Part shown: positions 35,145 to 44,300 of the stretch, one piece after another
Position numbering within the stretch: position 1 is the first letter of the stretch
Layout: each line of letters starts with the position of its first letter
Assembly: GCF_964194025.1 (NCBI RefSeq)
Contig: NC_134475.1
Location: 372,001-436,000, forward strand
Length of the DNA stretch: 64,000 nt
Source: Convolutriloba macropyga
Taxonomy: Eukaryota
Direction of reading: 5' to 3'
Position numbers and translations under genes: made by a program
Notes under the pieces: model-generated
The model's input: the letters and a program-made list of their open reading frames with translations, nothing else
Database searches by the model: none
What the model was told of the DNA's origin: nothing

Positions 35145-36754
35145 ATAGAAACAGGTAGTGCAGTTTTTGTTTTTATTATTATAATTGGAATTTGCTATAT
35201 AATATATGATTCAAGACCAAGTAAATATACAAAACTAGAAGAAAGCTTTGGTGGATTTATGAATAGGAGTGTAGTTAGATTTGAATATGAAAATTCACCA
35301 TTACATACTATTGTTTATGGTGGAACTGGTACAGGCAAAACATATTTTATTAGACAATATTTAAAATTATACTCAGTCCAAAACCAAGATCTGCGAAGCA
35401 GTTTCACTGATCAAGATCAAGATCGAGATTAAGTTCAAGATCAAGCTAAAATTATAGTTATAGTTTGTAAAGATGACAGAGACTGGATAGATCCTGAGTC
35501 TAATAAGTTTTATACTGGGTTTAATAAATGTGATATAAATATGATCACAAAAAAGAATATGCATAAATTTCAAAATTGTGTAATAGTACTTGATGATATG
35601 GGTGATAGGTTAAATAAGGATATAGGTTATTATTTTACTGAAGGTAGACATTATAATATTCAAAGGATTGTAATGTGTCATAAACCAGCTCAAATAATTA
35701 ATACAGCAAGAATGAGTTGTGATACTATTTATTTAACAACTTATAATGGACCTGACCTATTTAAAAACTTTAATGAGATATATAAATGTGAACATGACTT
35801 CAATAAAATAATTAGTGAATTAAATAGTAACTATTATAATTATACAGATGGAATGTCAGATGAACTTCGTTATGGTTTAATTAAATATAATAAAAAGGAA
35901 AATACTTTTATTATTATTAGTAGTAATAGAACAATGATATATGATTCAAGAGTTGGTTTCCTTGATTTAAAAGCTCTTAGTTTAAAAGATGATTTAGAAA
36001 GAGAAGACATAAATAAACTTATAGCATATATGAAACCACTAATGATTAATGCAACAGATAGAAATATTAATCATGATAATTATCAGTTTAATTTTAATAA
36101 ACTTCTTACTTTAAATAATATTAAAATACAGAATGATGTTGTAACTAAAGAAATGATTATGGGAAAGGGTATGAAAATTTTATCAACTATTGGTGGAATT
36201 ATAAGCTCGGGTTTAATTATATTTAGCTTATTTATCCTGATTCAATATCAAGAAATGCTGGAACTATAGCAATGGGAGCAAGCACAATGTTGAGTAGAGT
36301 AAATACATTAGTTAATGTTGGATATGGAGAAGAATTGGAAGGTGAAACACGAAGCAGTTTGGTAAACCATGAACAAAGTTCGTATACTGATAGTGAAACA
36401 TGGTCGAAGACCTATCAGGAAAGCAGTTTGGTAAACCAAGAACAAAGTTCGTATACTGATCAGTGTAACTGTGACTTCGTCAATGAAGAGATGGGAATTT
36501 TGAATAGAAAGGGAGGAAGGTTTTTAAACAAACTATATGGAAATAATGAAGAATTTAGAGAAAAGATTATAAATTTTGTTAAAGATAATAAAGAATTAGA
36601 CCTTGATTTGATCTTAGATAAGAGATGTAAAACTAATACACTCAATACTTTAGGAAATAAATATTTAGCAGAGTGTATCACATCTAAAGATAATACTAAA
36701 GGTTTACTTGAAATCATGGCTAAATATTTTTCTACAGCCTGGCTAATTTTATAA
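35145..36754 (+). pseudogene. Second A32/FtsK-type ATPase with N-terminal transmembrane segment, disrupted
   Basis: The frame from 35145 (ATA, probably a mutated ATG) reads ETGSAVFVFIIIIGICYIIY...IVYGGTGTGKT, then TAA at 35430-35432, then VIVLDDMG, EGRH, VMCH. Hydrophobic segment and frameshift near 36230. Confidence 0.8.
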
Positions 36755-36769
36755 TTTCACCTATTATAA

Positions 36770-37687
36770 ATGCTTTTACAATGTTTAGAGTGTAACTATA
36801 AATGTGGAAACATTGCTGTTTTAAATTATCATTATGAATGATTTCATAAAGATAGAACTGATAAATGTATGTGTGGTAATATAATATTAAGTGGCATTTG
36901 TGCTAATGATTTTTCCCCATGGGGTTGTTCTTTAAAAAATGAATCTAGTTCTAATTCTAATTCTAGTTCTAACCCTAGTTCTAGTTCTAATTCTAGTTCT
37001 AACCCTAGTTCTAACCCTAGTTCTAACCCTAGTTCTAGTTCTAACCCTAATTCTAACTCTAGTTCTAACCCTAGTTCTATTTCTAACCCTAGTTCTAGTT
37101 CTAGTTCTAACCCCAATTCTAGCTCTAGTTCTGGTTCTGATTCTATCTATGACTATAACTCTAACTCAGATCCTAACCCCAACCCTAACCCTATCCTTAA
37201 CCTTATCCCTAACCCTAACCCCAGCTTAGAAGTATTAACTAGATGTTGTAATAAGTGTAATTATATAAAACCACTAAATAATTTTGATGAGGGTAAGTAT
37301 ACATGTAGAAGTTGTACTTCAGCTAAAGTTAATTGTCCATATTGTACTTCTGTTGTGAGATATGATGGGATACGGGCTCATGTAAAGAAACAACATCCAG
37401 ATATAGAATTGACTAGAGGATTTAGTAGAAATATAACTGATCGGTGTAACCGCTTCGCGGATAAAACAATTAATCCTAGTTGGCAAAGTCCTAGAGCTGT
37501 AAGTCCTTTAGTTATTAACCAAACAGAGGATCTGCGAATTAGCAAAACAACTCCGTTGAGTAGTTTCACTGATAGTTGTTCATGTAAATATTACAATTTT
37601 GTATCATTTCTTATTAATAATGGAATAAATATAGAAAAAATGAAAGAAAATATCAATTTATTGAAAAGTATAGATAATTTGAAATAA
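36770..37687 (+). pseudogene. Multi-zinc-finger protein with Ser/Asn/Pro low-complexity linker
   Basis: ATG at 36770 reads CLECNYKC...HYE*FH (TGA 36839-36841), then CNKC..IKPLNNF....CRSC and CPYC...HVKKQH. Confidence 0.65.
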
Positions 37688-37727
37688 AAAGTATGAAAAA
37701 ATAAAAAAAATAACAAAAAAGAGGGAA

Positions 37728-37807
37728 TCACTCTTTAAGAGTGAAAAAGAGCGATCTTTTCTACTGGGGATCACTCCGAATAAGAGTGAATCACTCTTTA
37801 AGAGTGA
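37728..37807. repeat. Three subterminal TCACTC-N5/7-GAGTGA palindromes
   Basis: TCACTCTTTAAGAGTGA at 37728-37744 and 37791-37807; TCACTCCGAATAAGAGTGA at 37771-37789. Confidence 0.8.
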
Positions 37808-37886
37808 AATATAAATTTTGCTTTGATTTTTTGATTTTTTTTTATTTTTGATTTTAATTAATTTTTTTATTGAATTTAGAGCTAAT

Positions 37887-38014
37887 ATATAGTAGTGGAT
37901 AAAACAAGGGATTCAACAAACAGTAAAATTTGGCCTGATTCGACATGCGCGATTAGCGTTAGGAGAAAGGGACAAATTTTGCTGGTGGTTGAATCCCTTG
38001 TTCTATCCACTACT
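37887..38014 (-). repeat. Right terminal inverted repeat (internally palindromic)
   Basis: Reverse complement of 17563-17690. Confidence 0.95.
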
Positions 38015-38481
38015 ATCTGAGACAACCGTTTCATTTTCAATTACTGACGAGGTATTGTTGTTCGGTTATTATAGTGTAAATCATTTGCAAATCATTGTGA
38101 AAGAAGCAAGTTTCTTAGATGAGTTTTCAAGTAACTCGGTTCCCAATTTGTCTGATAAAGAAAAAACACGTACTGCGAATCAAATTTTAACTTTTATTGA
38201 TCATTGTCTGTTCAGCTAAAATCAAATACAGGAAATCCATGTTTTCCCCGCCAATAGACATGGGCCATTTGATGCTACTTTTTATCTCGGTTTCTCCAAT
38301 AAAAACCAGTTATAGGTCACCCAGTTTTCTAACAAGGAACAGAAATTCTATCTATCTGAAATTTGTCTAGACTTGTCAATTCAAGATTGGATTCCATTTC
38401 GCCAACGCAAAGATAGAAATAGTATAAATTTTTTTGTCAAAGTTCTTAGTTCCCTTTTGAAGAAATATGCACCGTTGAAAA

Positions 38482-38483
<2 letters not shown>

Positions 38484-38526
<43 letters not shown>
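38484..38526. repeat. (CT)n microsatellite
   Basis: Pure CT run of about 21 units. Confidence 0.95.
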
Positions 38527-38529
<3 letters not shown>

Positions 38530-39751
38530 ATGCAACAGCTGAGAAACATTGGTTAACAAAAAAATTAACATTTTTCATTTCAGAAAAACATAGATATTTC
38601 AACTTTTGGAAAGAATTGATCTGAGGAAACACATAAATTGTGCAGCTGTTTAATTGTTTAAAAGATTTTGTTAATAGGAAGCTCAAAGAACCGTACTTTT
38701 TTCAGACATGTTAGCCGTGACCTGCCAACGAGTAAAAAGCATTGTTAAATTTGCCAAAAAAGAATTGGACGAAAAAAAAAGAAATTTCCGTTTCCGATGA
38801 ATTTCAAAGTGGTGGTATTGTTTTACACACGTCATCAATTACTACAAAAAGCTTTATTAATTTGGTTCAGATCTTCAGTAGTCTATCATTTGAGTTTTAG
38901 TGCATTATTTTTCAAAATCTTAACTATGCATCCGTACAACAGAGAAGCCTACAGATAAATTTGGAAATCAAAGAAATGCTACATGAGCTAAGTTTGCAGG
39001 GTCTAGAGATCTTGCAATGAAATGTGACATTTACCAGCAGAATTGATAAATACTCAAATGATTGTTTCGAAAATTAAAAAGTTATATTTTTTAATGGAAT
39101 GCTTTCCTTGCAGCTAATTTTCTCGTGGGGGTATTGTTTTGGCGAGAAAAATTGCTGAACAGAACATCTGATCATATTAATAGCAAGCGACCGTTCTCTA
39201 CAACAAAAATTGTTCTATAATGGATTAAAATTGCGCTAGAAATGTGGAAATTAAAATCGGAAACCAAATTTAAAAGAACTTTAAAACAGCATCTGCTCCA
39301 GCAATCGAAACTGGCGTCATCAGAAAGAAACATTAGCTTGTTCAGAAGTTATTTTTATGTTTAGCAGAATATGGAACCCCTATTTCTGATTGAAAATATT
39401 TTACTGGAGAAAAAATATATATTTGTGTCTGACTTGTTAAGTTTGACCGACTAGTTATGAAAGTATTTGAGATGTCAATACGAAAAAAAAGAAGGATTGA
39501 CCATCATAAAGGAAACTATTTAGTAAGTATTTTTGGTGGTTTATCGTCAGTCCAAAAAACAGATTGCGGCTTCTTATTTTCAGTTATGCGCATTTAATGT
39601 CGAAATAGTCCACTTTTATGGTAACTTTTACTTAGCATTGAATGCCATAAAATATGTTTTTGTTCCGGCTGGTTTTTGATTACTAAGCATATTTCCTCAT
39701 TTCGACAGAAATCGTTATCGCGAATTAATTGATTGGTTTCCATTCTTTTAG

Positions 39752-39952
39752 GTCCCTGCGTCTATTTGCCCTATCATTCCTGGACACCTTGAGCCAATTT
39801 TGGCTGGATGCAAGTAGAGTGTTACCCTGGCACTCCCATGGACACAAGGAGTTCCCCTGGATTGTCAACATGCTCTTTGATTGTATTCTCAACAAAAGCG
39901 ACATGGAAACAAGGTCATGTTTCATTGCAATATTGTTAGCGCAAAATAATGC
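39752..39952 (+). CDS. RICTOR: RICTOR exon
   Basis: Acceptor cattctttTAG, phase 2, matches the donor at 12549/17418. SLRLFALSFLDTL...FPWIVNMLFDCIL resembles Rictor RLYAT..L and WGIELLVTQL. Donor GC|GTAATT. Confidence 0.8.
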
Positions 39953-40388
39953 GTAATTTGTTACCCAGTGAAATATCATTGATGGATTTTCTATGATCAG
40001 ATAAAAGAGACATTGAACCACCGATCGATGTTCCGTTGATAAACTTTTCATGAATTATATATGATTCATAGATTGGAACCACTGGGCGCCCAACCCGTGT
40101 CGGTACTCTGTTTATTGTCAACTATTTTTTACCTTGCTTATGCGAGGATTTTCATAGAGTTATACAAGCTCGAAGGTAGTTGATTTTTGTATTTTTTATT
40201 TATTAATATTGAAGATCAAAAACAGGAACAGACTCAAAAGAATCTAGGGTATCAAAAAATTTCACAAAATATCGCTTTTAGACTATTATCAGTTTTCAGC
40301 ACTTACATTTGCTTATCAAAGCAGGGATTGATAATTGTTAATTAACAATCTGTTCCTGATTTTGATCTTCAATATTAATTTTGTCTAG

Positions 40389-40760
40389 GAATCGTTCAGT
40401 GGACATTCTACTCAAGTTGTCAATAGACGAAAGACTTCTTCCAATAATTTTCAACAGCCAATCAGAAAACAATTCAACCCCACGGCACACTCAATTGTTC
40501 AATTTGTGTCAAGAAATTCTAACATGCACAAACACAGTCAGTGAAGAAACGAGGAAAACTAGAAAAGACTTAAAAGAATCTTCAGAAAAGCGACAGACGA
40601 AGTTTCTAGGATTGAAACTGGCTTGCCTGCTATCGAAAATCCTGACTTGTCCGGAAGGGGAACCCGTAAAGAATACTCATGCGACTACTCTTAATTTGTG
40701 GGTTTCTCCGATGGTGACCCTAAACGAGTACGCAGGTGTTACAGAAACCATGATCGATCA
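40389..40760 (+). CDS. RICTOR: RICTOR exon (3' boundary uncertain)
   Basis: Acceptor ttgtctAG in phase 2. SVDILLKL and CLLSKILTCPEG. Candidate phase-2 donor CA|GTTAGT. Confidence 0.65.
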
Positions 40761-41363
40761 GTTAGTATTTAGCCTGCCTCTTTCCTTCGCCCTCTTATCT
40801 GATTTTCAACGTTTTGTGAACATGGAGCAGCTATTTTGTAATTATTCGTCATGTCAGTGCAGCTATTTTCGCAGCATGAAAGGTGTTCTCTACACTGCTG
40901 CCTATTAAAAATATAACAACAATTAAAAAAGAGTGTCACATATTAATAATAATAACGAAGGATTTAGGATTGGAAATGATAGCGGGAAATTCGGCAGGAA
41001 ATTATAGCGATTTTAATTAATCGTTTAATTAATTTCTAATATGCTTCTAAAACAGAAAACAGTCGGGCAAAAAAAAAGTTTAATTGGCAACAAAGTTCTG
41101 TTTTTAGCAGACTGTCTTTCCAAGGTTTTGATATGATAAAATATCTCGATTTAATTTGTTGTTTATGTTCTGGTGAAATACATTTAGACTTATAGGCTAA
41201 ATGATTCAAAATATGAACAATTATAAGCGATCTAGTGGTGTGAAAAGGCAAGGAAAAGAAAAAATATAAGTTTCTTCAAGGATGGTGTTTAAGCTCTTCT
41301 GCCTAATTCTTGCATACTAAGACGACTTTTCAGCAATATTTTATTTTCTGAGAGTTGCACCCA

Positions 41364-44300
41364 TGGTAGCAAATCAAGCTCTATATATACATTACTATTC
41401 GTGCCATGGGAAAACAAGTTCTGCTCAAAAACGAGAAATCCCTAATATAAATCAATCACTCCTGATTTCTTCAATAAAATCAACATCAATCAGGGAATGA
41501 AGTAACAGTATTGAAGGGGTTTGCGGGACGGAAAAGTATATAAAGGAAGTTTGTTGCTTTAAACTCCCGGCAACTTAATTGCTATAGTGGATAGCGATCA
41601 ACAATTGAGATGAACAAGTTAACTCAAATAAAATATAGTACAAACGCCTCATTCTGAGTTTGAATTTTTTTCATTGAACTTGTTTGAACTTGTTTCAGTG
41701 ACCCTCCGGAGCATCTGACAATCGTGGGAATCGACGGCTGAGGGTTACTGCTGCTCTTGACTTTCCATGTAGCCTTCTGGATGCCGAAGCTCCCTGCTAT
41801 TCCGTCTGCACCTCTGTGTGCGTTCACAACATTCCCAAGAGGCATGATTCCTCGGGGTGTGAAGTCCTTGAGCACCCACACAATGTCGCCTTCGTGAAGC
41901 TCATCATTTGCTTTTTGCCACTTTGTTCTTTTGTTGAGCTCAGGAACATATTCCTTTAGCGGCCTGCTCCAATGGTCATCAAGTACCGTTGCGTCAACCT
42001 AAAGTCCTTAGTGGACAGAGGAGAACCGCTGGTTGTTATTCACAAGAGGTTTCAAACACATGTGCTGTGTGCGCAGGAGGAAGTGATTAGGGGTTAGTGG
42101 TCCCTCATCTAAGATGCTGCCCACATGTGTTATTGACCTGGAGCTCAAATTTGCTTCAGCCTCTGCCACAACTGTCTTGAAAACTGAGAGTTAGTTTCTG
42201 ACTACCCAGCACTATTAGCAGACTCTTATTTGTGATCTCTATTAGCCTCTCCCAGACACCTCCAAAGTATGGTGCCCATGGTGAGTTGAGAATCCACTGA
42301 TTGTTCTGTTGAGCCAATTGCAGTCTGTTGTACACGTTGTCTGGCTGGTAGTTCCTCTGAAATCTTAACTTCATTGCGTGTTTGGCTCCATTGAAGTTTT
42401 TGTCATTATCACCCACAATGAGGTCAGGGTATCCACGTCTTGAAACCAGTCTTCGGGTGGACTTGGGGAGACTATCCATTGAGAGATCGTGACATACTTG
42501 TAGGTGGGCAGCTCTGGTGACCAGAGATTTGAACAAGCAGCCGTAGTGGATTTGAGTATCTGGTCTCTTGTCCTCAATGTAGAAAGGTCCAAACATGTCC
42601 ATTCCGGTATTGACGAAAGTGTACTGCTTGTTCGCATCTGGAAATCTAAACTAGGCAGATCAGCCATTTTTTGTGCTCTCACATTGCCCTTCATCATCTG
42701 CAAATGAAACAGTGTTTCCCCAGACTTCTCAGCACTGTTCGCAATGTAATCATAAGGATTGTCTGTTCCAGGTAAGTGTTCACGTGTTCCACGCCCTGAC
42801 GTTGTGGTGTGCCTTTTCAATTAGTAATCTGGTAATTTTTCTGCTTTGAATAATTGGGATGCTTCGCAATGTAGGTTAGTGGTGTCTTGTTGAGTCTTCT
42901 TCTCACCCTCAAGAGTGCGTCGTCTATAAAGGGCGTCAAACGCACCAGCATGTCTCCTTTCGCAAAATTGCTTTCTCTCAATAGTGAGGAAATTGTTCTG
43001 AGAAAATTTTGTTTTGGGACATCTTGATGAGATAGTTCATGCAGCGTCATATCGCCTAGAATACCATTATTGTAGAGTTGAGTAGTCGACTCCATGTTGA
43101 AAATTTTTCATCCTCAATAACAGGCGCCCGATTTTGTTTTGTTTGCGTAGCGCATACGAGGGCAGCAGTGTCCTCGGAGAAATTGCCCTAATCTTGGTGT
43201 GTGCTCAGAAAGTTGGGTGGTTCAAGCCACAGCTCTGGGATCTATGATAATGTGAGGCTTCTTGTGCCGTGGTCAGCGGGGTTCATCTTTCCATGGCTGT
43301 GTCCCCAGGTGTCCGGGCTTTAATTCTCGTGAATTTTAGTCAATTTTTTCAGCAATACACATCTTCTGTCTGTGCTTGGATTGGATTCATCCAAGTGTAG
43401 CAGTCCTTTCTCCGAAAATGCTTTGAACTGATTATTGTAGTCATTTTACTCTCACAGAACCCAGCTAGCTCTGCTCCAAGTGTTGCCGATTCCAATTCTA
43501 GCTTAGGACTGCTCAGCTGCTTGATCGGTGCCTCTTTTGTTTTGCTGATCACATATCGTGATATGGAAGATACATCGGCGTTGGCTGCCCTCACATACAC
43601 TATGGCAGCATTTGCAGTAATCGAGACGTGTCCATGGCGTCCATGCATTTGATGAGCTCCGTTGATGTTGGAAGTCTAGGAATTTGGATTGAATGCAGGC
43701 TGTCAAAATTGTCCATCGACACTTGCAATTGCTGTTGGCAGCAACCTGACAATGGTTGATCCCAGTCTCCTCCCTTTTTTATGATCTTCCGGAGATTGCG
43801 TCTAATTCTGAGCTCAAATCGTGAAATCATTCTACCATGATCGAATATAGAGGCTGTCATTGATAGCACCTTCCTTTGTGTCAGCTGTTTTCCTGTTTAG
43901 AGAGGCTTTGGTTTTGCAGACATGGGCTTGTCCCTCTTAAGGTCTCACGTCTGACCAAGGATCCCCCGGTTTTCAGTTCTGCCTTGTCTTCTTTCAGTAG
44001 GTTTTCTAATGCGGTTGGTTTGTTGTTTAGGAGCATTGTCAAATTGAATCCGCTTGTCTACAGAACAGTTTTGATCACTTCTGTGGGTCTCCTCTTCAGA
44101 AAGGTAGATCTGCATGATATCTGTGTAAAACTGCTGCGTGGTTGATGTGTATGCCTCTAGATCCTCTTGCTTGTGGTCATTTGCTTTTTTCTTTAGAACA
44201 AAGATTGCACAAGAAGTTGAACATGTGGCTCCAATTATGAGTCAATTTTATTTCATTTTCTTCTCAGTTTCGTCCTCGCTTCACAGAAAACGTAGATTGC

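Larger units (their letters stand above)
17563..38014. mobile_element. Polinton/Maverick (adintovirus-like endogenous virus), full-length, partly pseudogenised
   Basis: 6-bp TSD ATCTGA at 17557-17562 and 38015-38020. Termini AGTAGT...ACTACT with 128-bp TIRs. Encodes pPolB, rve integrase, MCP, minor capsid, cysteine protease and packaging ATPases. Confidence 0.97.

Noticed and set aside
23418-35415. Recurring GAAACTGCTTCGCAGAT motif as a CRISPR-like array
   Set aside because: Copies are dispersed on both strands with no regular spacers and no cas genes, in a eukaryotic context.
22882-36841. In-frame stops as an alternative genetic code or readthrough
   Set aside because: Stops are mixed (TAA at expected Leu and Gln positions, TGA at Trp) and co-occur with frameshifts. 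TAA, TAG and TGA also end genes normally in this window. Best explained as decay.
37165-37222. CCCTAA-like telomeric repeats
   Set aside because: Degenerate, in frame within an Asn-Pro linker and part of the element-wide hexamer tracts. Not a telomere.
39040-39310. Possible LINE 3' remnant (LQQKLFYNGLK...FKRTLKQHL)
   Set aside because: Too short and degraded to call without a search.
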